From NCBI RefSeq assembly GCF_055900595.2, contig NZ_CM148325.1: a stretch of DNA of 64,000 nt, one strand, 5' to 3'. This document shows positions 44,910 to 58,677 of this stretch, one piece after another. Position 1 is the first letter of the stretch, and every line of letters starts with the position of its first letter. The notes under the pieces are model-generated. The model had not been told where the DNA came from, searched no databases, and saw nothing but the letters and a program-made list of their open reading frames with translations. Position numbers and translations under genes: made by a program.

Positions 44910-46749
44910 CTTTCAGGGCTTTTATCGCCGGATGTAAATCAACAGATTGTAACAGACCACCCGGCGGCGTTTTCACAAGTTGCGGACATAACCGTTCCAC
45001 GTCCGCCAGCAGGGTGATGGCCTGTGCCATTGACCACTGCGCATGTTCGCTCATCAGATTTCGTGCAATCCACTGCGCAATATTGCCAGGTTCGAATACG
45101 GACTGCTTCGCCAGGTAGCCTATCAGTTCAGGAATCAAGATTTGTAAATTTTGTTGGCGTAAGGGTAAAGGCACGGCCCTGATGGTCACATACTGTGCAT
45201 CGGACTGGAAATCAATACCCAATTCCGCCAGGGCAGACTGCGCTTTTTCTAATGCCGATTTTTCTTCGCCAGAAACTTTTAGCCGCAACGGAATAAGCAA
45301 CGGCTGAGCGCAAACTGGCGTTTCACCCGGCGTCAACTGCGCCTGACGCAGCCAACGTTCTGCCACTGGCAGGGCTAAAAGTGAAATGTTGCCGTCGCGC
45401 TCCAGCAACGCACAGTCGGAATGGACGATAGTCAGTACCCGACCAAAACTCTGACTGTTCGCCGCAAGCGCTGGCTCCTGCGGTTCAGGTGCTTTTGGTT
45501 TTTGCATCGGCGCAGGCGTTTGCAAAAGCTGGCGATACACTTCACCTTGCTGTTTCTGGTAGCCTGGCTGCGCATTCGGCCAGGAAGCTGCTGGACGACC
45601 ACCAGAGGCGGGCGCAGGAGAGTAGCGGGGGGCTACCGGTTCACGAACTGCCGGTTCAGCAAAATGATTACGCCCGGCGGCCACGCGGTTCTCCGGAATG
45701 GTGCGCGGTGCAGGTTGAGGTTCATCGTCCAGTGGCAGCGGCGTTTCCAGCTGTTGTTGTAGCACACTCAGCACGCCCTGATAGATAAAGTCGTGCACCA
45801 GACGCGACTGATGGAAACGCACTTCGTGTTTGGCGGGGTGCACGTTGACGTCCACTTGATGTGGGTCGATCTCCAGATACAACACAAATGCCGGTTGCTG
45901 ATCGGCCCCCAGTTTGTCTTCACAGGCCTGACGGATCGCATGATTGATCAAGCGATCGCGCATCATGCGACCATTCACGTAGCAATACTGAATTTCTGCC
46001 AGTGTGGGCGTGGTGTGGTTTGGATCTGCCACCCAACCGCGCAGCGTGAGATCGCCGTGCTGCCATTCAATCGCCAGCGCATGTTCGAGAAAAGCGGTGC
46101 CGCAAATCGCGCCTAAACGCCGTTCTTTTTGCCCGCCTTCCGGCACTGCGCGGTACTGGCGAACTATTTTGCCGTTATGCGACAGATTGATAGTGACGTC
46201 GAAACGCGCCAGCGCAATGCGGCGGATGATTTCATCAATATGGTTAAATTCGGTTTTCTCGGTACGCAGGAATTTCCGCCGCGCCGGGGTGTTGTAGAAC
46301 AGATCCAGCACTTCCAGCGTCGTTCCCACCGGATGCGCCGCCGGTTTAACCGTCACGTCCATATCGCGCCCTTCGGCATACGCCTGCCAGGCTTCCTGCT
46401 GATCTACGGTGCGCGAAGTGAGCGTTAGACGGGAAACTGAACTGATACTCGCCAGCGCCTCACCGCGGAACCCCAGGCTGATAATAGCTTCGAGATCGTC
46501 CAGAGAGGCGATTTTACTGGTAGCATGACGCGCCAGCGCCAGCGCCAGTTCATCTTTTTTGATACCGCAGCCGTTATCACGAATGCGGATAAGTTTCGCC
46601 CCACCGCGTTCGATATCAATATCAATACGCGTCGCACCCGCATCGAGGCTGTTTTCCACCAGTTCTTTGACTACCGACGCAGGTCGCTCGACCACCTCAC
46701 CTGCGGCAATCTGGTTCGCCAGTTGTGGCGGTAAGACCTGAATTGGCAT
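44902..46749 (-). CDS. mutL: DNA mismatch repair protein MutL
   Basis: 615 aa from ATG 46747-46749 ([23 protein letters not shown]); overlaps miaA by 8 nt. Confidence 0.95.
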   Translation of the reverse strand: MPIQVLPPQLANQIAAGEVVERPASVVKELVENSLDAGATRIDIDIERGGAKLIRIRDNGCGIKKDELALALARHATSKIASLDDLEAIISLGFRGEALASISSVSRLTLTSRTVDQQEAWQAYAEGRDMDVTVKPAAHPVGTTLEVLDLFYNTPARRKFLRTEKTEFNHIDEIIRRIALARFDVTINLSHNGKIVRQYRAVPEGGQKERRLGAICGTAFLEHALAIEWQHGDLTLRGWVADPNHTTPTLAEIQYCYVNGRMMRDRLINHAIRQACEDKLGADQQPAFVLYLEIDPHQVDVNVHPAKHEVRFHQSRLVHDFIYQGVLSVLQQQLETPLPLDDEPQPAPRTIPENRVAAGRNHFAEPAVREPVAPRYSPAPASGGRPAASWPNAQPGYQKQQGEVYRQLLQTPAPMQKPKAPEPQEPALAANSQSFGRVLTIVHSDCALLERDGNISLLALPVAERWLRQAQLTPGETPVCAQPLLIPLRLKVSGEEKSALEKAQSALAELGIDFQSDAQYVTIRAVPLPLRQQNLQILIPELIGYLAKQSVFEPGNIAQWIARNLMSEHAQWSMAQAITLLADVERLCPQLVKTPPGGLLQSVDLHPAIKALKDE

Positions 46750-46758
46750 CAATCATCC

Positions 46759-48096
46759 TTAGTTTGGCAGCGTGCGATCTGGCGTCGTCACCGTGCTGGC
46801 CGTTTGTGCCGTTGCCCCCTGCGGCGCAGATTGCATCGGATGCGCAAGGAAATAATTGCGCAGGCCTTTGTAAATGGCTTCTGCCAGCTGTTGTTGGTAA
46901 TCGTCGCTCGCCAGCAAACGTTCTTCGCTGTTGTTGCTGATAAAACCGGTTTCGACCAGTACTGATGGGATATCCGGCGAACGCAGAACGCCAAGGCTGG
47001 CATGTTCTGGTCGACGTTTATGTATTTCGCCAATGCGTTGCAACTGACTGATCATACTGGTCGCTACATCATACCCTACCCGCTGGGAATGACCGAACTG
47101 TAAATCCAGCACCGCCTGGCTTAAATACGGGTCAGACTGACTGTTCGCCAGCACATCGCCCGCCCCACCCAGCAGCTCCGACTGTTTCTCATGCTGCTCC
47201 AGCCAGCTGGCCATTTCGCTGTTGGCGCGACGGTTAGAGAGCACCCATACGGAAGCGCCAGTCGCACTGCGGTTCGGTGCGGCATCAGCGTGAATCGACA
47301 CGAGGAAATTGGCGTTTTGCTTACGTGCCACATCGCTGCGCCCCATTACCGAGATAAAGTAATCCCCGTCACGGGTTAAAACGCCTTTAAACATTGGATC
47401 GTCATTGAGTAAAGTACGCAATTTACGCGCGATGGCGATGGTGACATTTTTCTCCCGCGTGCCACCAGGGCCGATAGCGCCAGGATCCTGACCGCCGTGT
47501 CCGGCATCAATAGCGATGATAATTTTATCGCCTGTGTTAGCCGTCGCGCGCGCTGCCGGACGCGTTACCGTATTACTGCTGATAACACCCGTAGTGCGGT
47601 TACTTTCCGTTTTAAACGGATTGCGCGCCGGTTCGCTGACGCGCGGTGCTACAACCGTAGGCGTTTCAACGCGCTTCGCAACCACAGGCGGCGGAGGAGG
47701 CGGGGGCGGCACATCGGCGTTAATCGTAAAGACGACAGTGTAATTGCTACCATTCTGCCGCTTCACCGCTTCGGTTTTACCGTTTTCGGTGAGATCGACC
47801 ACTAGCCGTAGCGTTTGTGCATCTTTAGGCGTTCCAGAGCGAATCGCCTTCACCAGATTATTACCGCTGAACAACAACGGTAGCCCCTGAATCACGCCCG
47901 TTTGTTTGATATCGAGCGCCACGGTGCGTTTGTTTTGATGGCTAAACGCGTAATCAGGATCGCCAGTAAAACTCAATGTTATTCGCGCCTGTTGATTACC
48001 GTTAGAAACCTGAATATCAGAGAGCGTAGCGGCGCCAGCCTGCGCGCACAGCAGCAGCAACGTCGCTACCAACCAATTTCTGATGCGATACATCAT
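46759..48096 (-). CDS. amiB: N-acetylmuramoyl-L-alanine amidase AmiB
   Basis: 445 aa from ATG 48094-48096 ([22 protein letters not shown] signal peptide). Confidence 0.93.
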   Translation of the reverse strand: MMYRIRNWLVATLLLLCAQAGAATLSDIQVSNGNQQARITLSFTGDPDYAFSHQNKRTVALDIKQTGVIQGLPLLFSGNNLVKAIRSGTPKDAQTLRLVVDLTENGKTEAVKRQNGSNYTVVFTINADVPPPPPPPPVVAKRVETPTVVAPRVSEPARNPFKTESNRTTGVISSNTVTRPAARATANTGDKIIIAIDAGHGGQDPGAIGPGGTREKNVTIAIARKLRTLLNDDPMFKGVLTRDGDYFISVMGRSDVARKQNANFLVSIHADAAPNRSATGASVWVLSNRRANSEMASWLEQHEKQSELLGGAGDVLANSQSDPYLSQAVLDLQFGHSQRVGYDVATSMISQLQRIGEIHKRRPEHASLGVLRSPDIPSVLVETGFISNNSEERLLASDDYQQQLAEAIYKGLRNYFLAHPMQSAPQGATAQTASTVTTPDRTLPN

Positions 48097-48114
48097 CCCG
48101 CCACCTTTCAAAGG

Positions 48115-50093
<1,979 letters not shown>

Positions 50094-50095
<2 letters not shown>

Positions 50096-51233
50096 GTCAG
50101 AGCCCCTCGATCTCAATCAGTTAGCGCAAAAAATTAAACAGTGGGGGCTGGAACTGGGCTTTCAGCAGGTAGGTATTACCGATACCGATCTCAGCGCGTC
50201 CGAGCCCAAACTGCAAGCATGGCTGGACAAACAATACCACGGCGAAATGGACTGGATGGCGCGTCACGGTATGCTGCGCGCCCGCCCCCATGAGTTATTG
50301 CCCGGTACGCTGCGCGTCATCAGCGTGCGGATGAATTACCTTCCTGCTAACGCTGCATTTGCCAGCACGCTGAAAAACCCCAAACTCGGCTATGTAAGTC
50401 GTTATGCGTTGGGCCGTGACTATCACAAACTTCTGCGCAACCGACTCAAAAAGCTTGGCGAGATGATTCAGCAACATTGTGTTTCGCTGAATTTTAGACC
50501 GTTTGTCGATTCTGCGCCTATTCTCGAGCGCCCGTTAGCTGAAAAAGCAGGTCTTGGCTGGACAGGTAAGCACTCACTTATCCTCAATCGCGAGGCCGGT
50601 TCGTTCTTCTTTTTAGGTGAATTACTGGTCGATATTCCGCTGCCCGTGGATCAACCGGTCGAGGAAGGATGTGGTAAATGCGTGGCCTGTATGACGATTT
50701 GCCCGACCGGCGCCATCGTCGAGCCATATACCGTCGATGCTCGCCGCTGTATCTCTTATCTCACCATTGAACTGGAAGGGGCGATCCCGGAAGAGCTGCG
50801 TCCATTGATGGGAAACCGTATTTACGGTTGCGATGACTGCCAGCTTATCTGCCCATGGAATCGCTATTCGCAACTCACTACAGAAGACGATTTCAGCCCG
50901 CGCAAACCACTACACGCACCGGAACTCATTGAGTTATTCGCCTGGAGTGAAGAGAAGTTTTTAAAAGTCACGGAAGGTTCGGCGATTCGCCGTATAGGTC
51001 ACCTGCGTTGGCTGCGTAATATCGCCGTGGCATTAGGCAATGCCCCCTGGGATAAAACGATTTTGACAGCGCTGGAAAGTCGTAAAGGTGAGCACCCACT
51101 TCTTGATGAGCACATAGCGTGGGCGATTGCGCAGCAAATCGAGAGGCGAAATGCGTGCGTCGTAGAGGTACAACTACCGAAAAAACAGCGTCTGGTTCGG
51201 GTGATTGAAAAAGGGTTACCGCGTGACGCCTGA
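50094..51233 (+). CDS. queG: Epoxyqueuosine reductase QueG
   Basis: 379 aa from ATG 50094 (MSEPLDLNQ...); 4Fe-4S ferredoxin Cys clusters (CGKCVACMTICP, CDDCQLICP). Confidence 0.92.
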
Positions 51234-51502
51234 TTCATCCACAGCTTGTGAATAAAAATAAAAACGCATTGCAATTCAAGGCGAATAAAATCGTCAAGTG
51301 ATCGACTCGACAAAACGAGATCTTAATTTTCAACCTATATATCAATAAGTTAAAAAAATACTATTCACCGTGCGAAGTTTCTTTGAAATTAAGATTACGA
51401 CATGAGGCTGTGGATAACTCTGTTTACAAGAGTTTGTCAGAGACAACAAAAACCAGCAATAACGCATCGCGTCGCTGTGGATATTTTATTGAGAGAAGAA
51501 TT

Positions 51503-51578
<76 letters not shown>

Positions 51579-51613
51579 TTGGGTGGTCTGTGCTTTGCAG
51601 CACTTTCAAATTT

Positions 51614-51689
<76 letters not shown>

Positions 51690-51846
51690 TTAATCTTCGT
51701 CTTTCGAACCGCTACTGCCTTGGCTGCCTTCACTCACCTTAGTCACTTACTTTTGTAAGCTCCCAAGGATTCGTTCAGTTGCCGCCTTGTCACAATTCGA
51801 AATACTGCGATTGGGTGGTCTGTGCTTTGCAGCACTTTTCAAATTT

Positions 51847-51922
<76 letters not shown>

Positions 51923-52132
51923 GTACTACTTAATTTTGCTTTCGTAATTTTCGCATTTCTGCGTCGTTACGGGAGGCGCATTATACGAGAAATCTTTTCC
52001 TCTGCAACCCCCCTAAAAATTTTTTTTTGAGTTTTTATCTCAAGTGCTGAAATTATCAGCAAGACGTTCAATTTAGCGTCAAAATCACGCCGCCGCAAGT
52101 GGATTCCGGCGCTTACGTGACCAGGAAAAATT

Positions 52133-52678
52133 TTACAGCTTGATAAAATGCTCGCGGTAGTAAGCCAGTTCTGCCACCGACTCACGGATATCATCCATCG
52201 CCTGATGCGTCCCCTGCTTGGTAAAACCATCAAGAATTTCCGGCTTCCAGCGGCGCGCCAGCTCTTTCAGTGTGCTGACATCCAGATAACGGTAGTGGAA
52301 GTAGGCTTCCAGCTCCGGCATGTATTTAAACAGGAAGCGACGATCCTGGCCGATGCTGTTACCGCAAATCGGCGATTTTCCCGCAGGCACCCACTGTTTT
52401 AAGAATTCGAGCGTTGCCAGTTCAGCTTCACGATCGCCCATTGTGCTCGCTTTCACGCGCTCCACCAGCCCGCTGGCGGTATGGGTGCGCACGTTCCAGT
52501 CATCCATCAGCGCCAGCTGTTCATCAGACTGGTGTACTGCAATGGTCGGCCCTTCTGCCAGAATATTCAGGTTGGCATCGGTCACCAGCGTGGCAATCTC
52601 AATAATGCGATCGCGCTCGGGATCCAGACCGGTCATCTCAAGATCGATCCAAATCAGGTTGTTTTCATTGGCACTCAT
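52133..52678 (-). CDS. orn: Oligoribonuclease
   Basis: 181 aa from ATG 52676-52678 ([21 protein letters not shown], DEDDh exonuclease); track ORF extended 48 codons. Confidence 0.93.
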
Positions 52679-52772
52679 GCTATTTTCCACCCATTCACAG
52701 TGACTATATTGATCCACAATTGCGTGTATCATAGATGTTTTGCCCATCAGGGGCGACCAGGAGTCAGTACGA

Positions 52773-53825
52773 TTGAGTAAAAATAAACTCTCCAAAGGCC
52801 AGCAGCGCCGCGTGAACGCCAATCACCAGCGTCGTCTTAAAACGTCTAAGGAGAAGCCCGACTACGACGACAATCTGTTTGGCGAGCCTGATGAAGGTAT
52901 CGTCATCAGCCGCTTTGGTATGCACGCTGATGTGGAATCCGCCGATGGCGACGTTCACCGCTGCAATATTCGCCGTACCATCCGTTCGCTGGTGACCGGC
53001 GATCGCGTAGTCTGGCGTCCGGGTAAACCGGCGGCGGAAGGCGTAAATGTCAAAGGGATCGTGGAAGCGGTGCATGAGCGCACCTCAGTGTTGACGCGCC
53101 CGGATTTCTACGACGGTGTGAAACCCATTGCTGCCAACATCGACCAGATTGTTATTGTCTCCGCCATTTTGCCGGAGCTGTCGCTCAATATTATCGACCG
53201 TTACCTGGTGGCCTGCGAAACCTTGCAGATTGAGCCGATTATTGTGCTCAACAAGATAGACCTGCTGGACGACGAAGGCATGGAATTCGTCAACGAGCAG
53301 ATGGATATCTACCGCAATATCGGTTATCGCGTATTGATGGTTTCCAGTCATACTCAGGATGGACTGAAACCGCTGGAAGAGGCGTTGACCGGGCGCATCA
53401 GTATTTTTGCCGGGCAGTCTGGCGTCGGCAAATCCAGCCTGCTGAACGCGTTGCTGGGGCTGCAAAAAGAGATCCTGACCAACGACGTCTCGGATAACTC
53501 GGGGCTTGGTCAGCACACCACGACTGCCGCGCGGCTGTATCACTTCCCGCACGGCGGTGATGTGATTGATTCCCCAGGTGTGCGTGAGTTTGGTCTCTGG
53601 CATCTGGATCCGGAACAAATTACTCGGGGTTTTGTCGAATTCCATGACTACTTAGGTCTGTGTAAATATCGCGATTGCAAACACGATACCGATCCGGGCT
53701 GCGCTATCCGGGAAGCAGTTGAGGAAGGGAAAATCGCGGAAACCCGTTTCGAAAACTATCACCGTATTCTGGAAAGCATGGCGCAGGTAAAAACGCGTAA
53801 AAACTTTTCTGATACGGATGACTGA
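52773..53825 (+). CDS. rsgA: Small-subunit ribosome biogenesis GTPase RsgA
   Basis: 350 aa if initiated at TTG 52773 with CAGGAG RBS 10 nt upstream; G motifs [10 protein letters not shown]; C-terminal zinc-binding Cys cluster. Confidence 0.88.
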
Positions 53826-53921
53826 CAATTAAGCTAACCGTCGTTAGAATCGTCCCCTTTTTTTCAGGATCCGGCATGTAGGCCGGATCAGGAACGACAA
53901 AACAATGGCCTGGAGGCTACC

Positions 53922-54890
53922 TTGTTAAATTCATTTAAACTTTCGCTACAGTACATTCTGCCGAAATTATGGCTTACTCGCCTGGCGGGTTGGGGCGCAA
54001 GCAAGCGGGCAGGATGGCTGACAAAACTGGTTATCGATCTGTTCGTTAAATACTACAAGGTCGACATGAAAGAGGCGCAAAAGCCGGACACCGCCAGCTA
54101 CCGCACCTTTAACGAATTCTTTGTCCGTCCGCTGCGTGACGAAGTACGCCCAATCGATACCGATCCGAATGTACTGGTCATGCCTGCCGATGGCGTTATC
54201 AGCCAGTTAGGTAAAATCGAAGAAGATAAAATCCTGCAAGCTAAAGGCCACAACTACAGCCTCGAAGCTCTGCTGGCAGGTAACTATCTGATGGCGGATC
54301 TTTTCCGTAACGGTACGTTTGTGACCACTTACCTCTCCCCGCGTGACTACCACCGCGTACACATGCCGTGCAACGGTATTCTGCGTGAGATGATCTATGT
54401 GCCGGGCGATCTCTTCTCCGTTAACCATCTCACCGCTCAGAACGTGCCGAATCTGTTTGCCCGTAACGAACGCGTGATCTGCCTGTTCGATACCGAATTT
54501 GGCCCGATGGCACAGATTCTGGTCGGGGCGACGATTGTTGGCAGCATTGAAACTGTCTGGGCGGGCACCATTACGCCGCCGCGCGAAGGCATCATCAAGC
54601 GCTGGACCTGGCCTGCCGGAGAAAACGACGGTTCTGTGGCGCTGCTGAAAGGCCAGGAAATGGGTCGCTTTAAACTCGGCTCTACCGTTATCAACCTGTT
54701 TGCACCGGGTAAAGTTAATCTGGTTGAGCAACTGGAAAGCCTGTCTGTCACGAAAATTGGTCAGCCGCTGGCAGTATCTACCGAAACCTTTGTTGCGCCA
54801 GACGCAGAACCTGCCCCGCTTCCTGCCGAAGAGATCGAGGCAGAACACGACGCCAGCCCATTGGTTGACGACAAAAAAGACCAGGTCTAA
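53922..54890 (+). CDS. psd: Phosphatidylserine decarboxylase proenzyme
   Basis: 322-aa ORF. Confidence 0.95.
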   Translation: MLNSFKLSLQYILPKLWLTRLAGWGASKRAGWLTKLVIDLFVKYYKVDMKEAQKPDTASYRTFNEFFVRPLRDEVRPIDTDPNVLVMPADGVISQLGKIEEDKILQAKGHNYSLEALLAGNYLMADLFRNGTFVTTYLSPRDYHRVHMPCNGILREMIYVPGDLFSVNHLTAQNVPNLFARNERVICLFDTEFGPMAQILVGATIVGSIETVWAGTITPPREGIIKRWTWPAGENDGSVALLKGQEMGRFKLGSTVINLFAPGKVNLVEQLESLSVTKIGQPLAVSTETFVAPDAEPAPLPAEEIEAEHDASPLVDDKKDQV

Positions 54891-54911
54891 TCCATCAAAG
54901 GAAACGCTGAC

Positions 54912-57900
54912 GTGCGCCTGATTATCACTTTTCTGATGGCCTGGTGCCTCAGTTGGGGGGCGTACGCCGCGACGGCCCCCGATAGTAAACAAATCACCCA
55001 GGAACTGGAGCAGGCAAAAGCGGCGAAACCCGCGCAGCCGGAAGTCGTAGAGGCACTCCAGTCCGCCTTAAATGCGCTTGAGGAACGAAAAGGTTCCCTT
55101 GAGCGCATCAAGCAATATCAAGAAGTCATTGATAATTACCCGAAACTTTCCGCTACTCTGCGCGCGCAATTAAACAACATGCGTGACGAGCCGCGCAGCG
55201 TATCGCCGGGAATGTCTACCGACGCGCTGAATCAGGAAATTCTCCAGGTCAGCAGTCAGTTACTGGATAAGAGCCGTCAGGCCCAGCAAGAGCAGGAGCG
55301 CGCCCGCGAGATTGCCGATTCGCTGAATCAACTGCCGCAACAGCAAACTGACGCCCGCCGCCAGTTGAATGAAATCGAGCGCCGCCTTGGAACGCTTACC
55401 GGCAATACCCCGCTTAATCAGGCGCAAAATTTTGCTTTGCAGTCTGACTCTGCGCGACTGAAGGCGCTCGTTGATGAACTGGAACTGGCACAGCTGTCTG
55501 CCAATAACAGGCAAGAATTAGCGCGTTTACGCTCAGAGCTGGCGGAAAAAGAGAGCCAGCAGCTGGATGCATATTTGCAGGCCTTGCGTAATCAGTTGAA
55601 CAGCCAACGTCAGCTTGAGGCGGAGCGGGCGCTGGAAAGCACCGAACTTCTGGCGGAAAACAGTGCCGATTTGCCGAAAGATATCGTCGCGCAATTCAAA
55701 ATTAACCGCGAGCTGTCGGCGGCGTTGAATCAACAGGCGCAGCGGATGGATCTCGTTGCCTCGCAACAGCGTCAGGCTGCCAGCCAGACGTTACAGGTCC
55801 GGCAGGCGTTGAATACGCTGCGTGAACAATCACAATGGCTGGGATCGTCCAACCTACTCGGTGAAGCGTTGCGGGCGCAGGTGGCACGGCTGCCGGAAAT
55901 GCCAAAACCACAACAGCTTGATACCGAAATGGCGCAGTTGCGTGTGCAACGGTTACGTTATGAGGATCTGCTCAATAAACAGCCGCTGCTACGGCAAATC
56001 CATCAGGCAGACGGTCAGCCGCTGACCGCCGAGCAAAACCGTATTCTGGAAGCACAGCTGCGCACTCAGCGTGAGTTGCTGAACTCATTGTTGCAGGGTG
56101 GCGACACGTTACTGCTGGAGCTGACCAAGCTGAAAGTCTCCAACGGGCAACTGGAAGATGCGCTGAAAGAAGTGAATGAAGCGACGCACCGCTACCTGTT
56201 CTGGACTTCTGACGTGCGCCCGATGACCATCGCCTGGCCGCTGGAGATCGCTCAGGATCTGCGTCGTCTCATTTCGCTGGACACCTTCAGTCAGTTGGGC
56301 AAAGCCAGCGTAATGATGCTGACCAGCAAAGAGACGATTTTGCCGCTGTTTGGCGCGTTGATTCTGGTCGGTTGCAGTATTTACTCACGCCGCTATTTCA
56401 CCCGTTTTCTTGAACGTTCGGCGGCGAAAGTCGGCAAAGTGACTCAGGATCACTTCTGGCTGACGTTGCGCACCCTTTTCTGGTCGATTCTCGTCGCCTC
56501 GCCGCTACCGGTGCTGTGGATGACGCTGGGTTACGGCTTGCGCGAGGCGTGGCCTTATCCGCTGGCGGTCGCAATTGGTGATGGCGTAACGGCCACCGTA
56601 CCGCTGCTGTGGGTAGTGATGATTTGCGCCACCTTTGCCCGTCCGAACGGCTTGTTTATCGCTCATTTCGGCTGGCCACGCGAACGGGTTTCCCGTGGGA
56701 TGCGTTACTACCTGATGAGCATCGGGCTTATTGTGCCGCTGATTATGGCGCTGATGATGTTCGATAACCTCGACGACCGTGAATTCTCCGGTTCGCTGGG
56801 ACGGCTTTGTTTTATCCTCATTTGCGGTGCACTGGCGGTGGTCACCCTCAGCCTGAAAAAGGCCGGGATTCCGTTGTATCTCAACAAAGAAGGCAGCGGC
56901 GACAACATTACCAACCATATGCTGTGGAACATGATGATTGGCGCGCCGTTGGTAGCCATTCTGGCGTCGGCGGTGGGTTATCTGGCAACGGCGCAGGCAC
57001 TGTTAGCAAGGCTTGAAACCTCAGTTGCCATCTGGTTCCTACTATTAGTGGTTTATCACGTTATCCGCCGCTGGATGCTGATCCAACGCCGCAGGCTGGC
57101 GTTTGACCGGGCGAAGCATCGCCGGGCAGAGATGTTAGCGCAGCGTGCGCGTGGCGAAGAGGAAGCGCATCATCACAGTAGCCCGGAAGGGGCAATTGAA
57201 GTCGATGAAAGTGAAGTCGATCTCGATGCTATCAGTGCACAATCCTTGCGGCTGGTGCGCTCAATCCTGATGTTGATCGCCCTACTTTCAGTCATTGTGC
57301 TGTGGTCAGAAATCCATTCCGCTTTCGGCTTCCTCGAAAATATTTCGCTGTGGGATGTCACTTCCACGGTACAGGGCGTGGAAAGCCTGGAGCCGATTAC
57401 CCTCGGTGCGGTGCTAATTGCCATTCTGGTGTTTATCATCACCACGCAGCTGGTGCGCAACCTGCCCGCGCTGCTGGAACTGGCGATTTTGCAGCACCTC
57501 GATTTAACGCCGGGCACTGGTTACGCCATCACCACCATCACCAAATATCTGCTGATGCTGATTGGCGGGCTGGTCGGCTTCTCAATGATTGGTATTGAGT
57601 GGTCGAAATTGCAGTGGCTGGTCGCCGCGCTCGGTGTTGGTCTGGGCTTTGGTTTGCAGGAAATTTTCGCCAACTTTATCTCTGGCCTGATCATCCTGTT
57701 CGAAAAACCGATTCGTATTGGCGATACGGTGACGATCCGCGATCTCACCGGTAGCGTGACGAAAATTAACACCCGCGCCACCACCATCAGCGACTGGGAC
57801 CGTAAAGAGATAATCGTGCCAAACAAGGCGTTTATTACCGAGCAGTTTATCAACTGGTCGCTCTCTGACTCGGTCACGCGCGTGGTGTTGACGATTCCGG

Positions 57901-58235
57901 CCCCAGCCGATGCCAACAGTGAAGAAGTGACGGAAATCCTGCTAACCGCAGCGCGTCGCTGCTCGCTGGTGATCGATAACCCAGCACCGGAAGTCTTCCT
58001 GGTGGATCTACAACAGGGGATTCAGATTTTCGAGCTGCGTATTTACGCCGCTGAGATGGGTCACCGCATGCCACTACGCCATGAGATTCACCAGCTGATT
58101 CTGGCAGGATTCCATGCCCACGGTATTGATATGCCATTCCCGCCCTTCCAGATGCGTCTGGAAAGCCTCAACGGTAAACAAACGGGGAGAACATTAACTT
58201 CTGCGGGCAAAGGTCGTCAGGCGGGAAGTTTGTAA
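54912..58235 (+). CDS. mscM: Miniconductance mechanosensitive channel MscM (YjeP, MscS family)
   Basis: 1107-aa ORF from GTG 54912; signal peptide, long coiled-coil periplasmic region, multi-TM region and MscS-like C-terminal domain. Confidence 0.92.
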   Translation: MRLIITFLMAWCLSWGAYAATAPDSKQITQELEQAKAAKPAQPEVVEALQSALNALEERKGSLERIKQYQEVIDNYPKLSATLRAQLNNMRDEPRSVSPGMSTDALNQEILQVSSQLLDKSRQAQQEQERAREIADSLNQLPQQQTDARRQLNEIERRLGTLTGNTPLNQAQNFALQSDSARLKALVDELELAQLSANNRQELARLRSELAEKESQQLDAYLQALRNQLNSQRQLEAERALESTELLAENSADLPKDIVAQFKINRELSAALNQQAQRMDLVASQQRQAASQTLQVRQALNTLREQSQWLGSSNLLGEALRAQVARLPEMPKPQQLDTEMAQLRVQRLRYEDLLNKQPLLRQIHQADGQPLTAEQNRILEAQLRTQRELLNSLLQGGDTLLLELTKLKVSNGQLEDALKEVNEATHRYLFWTSDVRPMTIAWPLEIAQDLRRLISLDTFSQLGKASVMMLTSKETILPLFGALILVGCSIYSRRYFTRFLERSAAKVGKVTQDHFWLTLRTLFWSILVASPLPVLWMTLGYGLREAWPYPLAVAIGDGVTATVPLLWVVMICATFARPNGLFIAHFGWPRERVSRGMRYYLMSIGLIVPLIMALMMFDNLDDREFSGSLGRLCFILICGALAVVTLSLKKAGIPLYLNKEGSGDNITNHMLWNMMIGAPLVAILASAVGYLATAQALLARLETSVAIWFLLLVVYHVIRRWMLIQRRRLAFDRAKHRRAEMLAQRARGEEEAHHHSSPEGAIEVDESEVDLDAISAQSLRLVRSILMLIALLSVIVLWSEIHSAFGFLENISLWDVTSTVQGVESLEPITLGAVLIAILVFIITTQLVRNLPALLELAILQHLDLTPGTGYAITTITKYLLMLIGGLVGFSMIGIEWSKLQWLVAALGVGLGFGLQEIFANFISGLIILFEKPIRIGDTVTIRDLTGSVTKINTRATTISDWDRKEIIVPNKAFITEQFINWSLSDSVTRVVLTIPAPADANSEEVTEILLTAARRCSLVIDNPAPEVFLVDLQQGIQIFELRIYAAEMGHRMPLRHEIHQLILAGFHAHGIDMPFPPFQMRLESLNGKQTGRTLTSAGKGRQAGSL

Positions 58236-58265
58236 GGTCTTTGTGGCCGGATGACCCCATCCGGC

Positions 58266-58580
58266 TCACAAGCAAAACTGATAGCGCAGAAAAAACTGCC
58301 ACAACCAGTAGCCGAAAATAGCCAGCGCGGTGGCGTACATAAACCAGCCGCGTTTTTTTCGCCACAAAGCGAACCAGAGAAAAGGGAAAAAGAGCGGTAA
58401 CGTCATTATCACACCGACATCGCGAGTATCGTCATCTTCGAGATACATCAAAACATCACAGACGTTGTTAATCCCGCGTCCATCAATCATCCACTCTTTG
58501 TCCAGCGCGGAGGTAATGGTTATCCAGAGGAACGCCACAATGAACCAGATGCAGCACAAGACAAACATGCGCGCACTCAT
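58266..58580 (-). CDS. yjeO: Small inner membrane protein, YjeO-like
   Basis: 104-aa ORF with three hydrophobic segments; assignment between the K-12 small genes yjeN and yjeO is from memory and uncertain. Confidence 0.6.
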   Translation of the reverse strand: MSARMFVLCCIWFIVAFLWITITSALDKEWMIDGRGINNVCDVLMYLEDDDTRDVGVIMTLPLFFPFLWFALWRKKRGWFMYATALAIFGYWLWQFFLRYQFCL

Positions 58581-58677
58581 GAGATAATCGGTCGCTTAAT
58601 TTCGCTATAGCGCATACGAAATCCCGCTAATTCCCTGTCATTGCGCCCTATCGTCAGGCAGACGATAGGGCATCGGG

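Noticed and set aside
53866-53895. Palindromic ccggcatgtaggccggatcagg after rsgA as a REP element
   Set aside because: Only a partial match to the REP consensus by eye; too weak to call as a feature
54207-54992. 261-aa ORF on the - strand
   Set aside because: Antisense to psd and overlapping the mscM start; no RBS or motif; shadow ORF
58243-58265. Hairpin gccggat-gacccc-atccggc after mscM as an intrinsic terminator
   Set aside because: No U-tract follows on either strand; more likely a REP-like palindrome; not listed as a terminator
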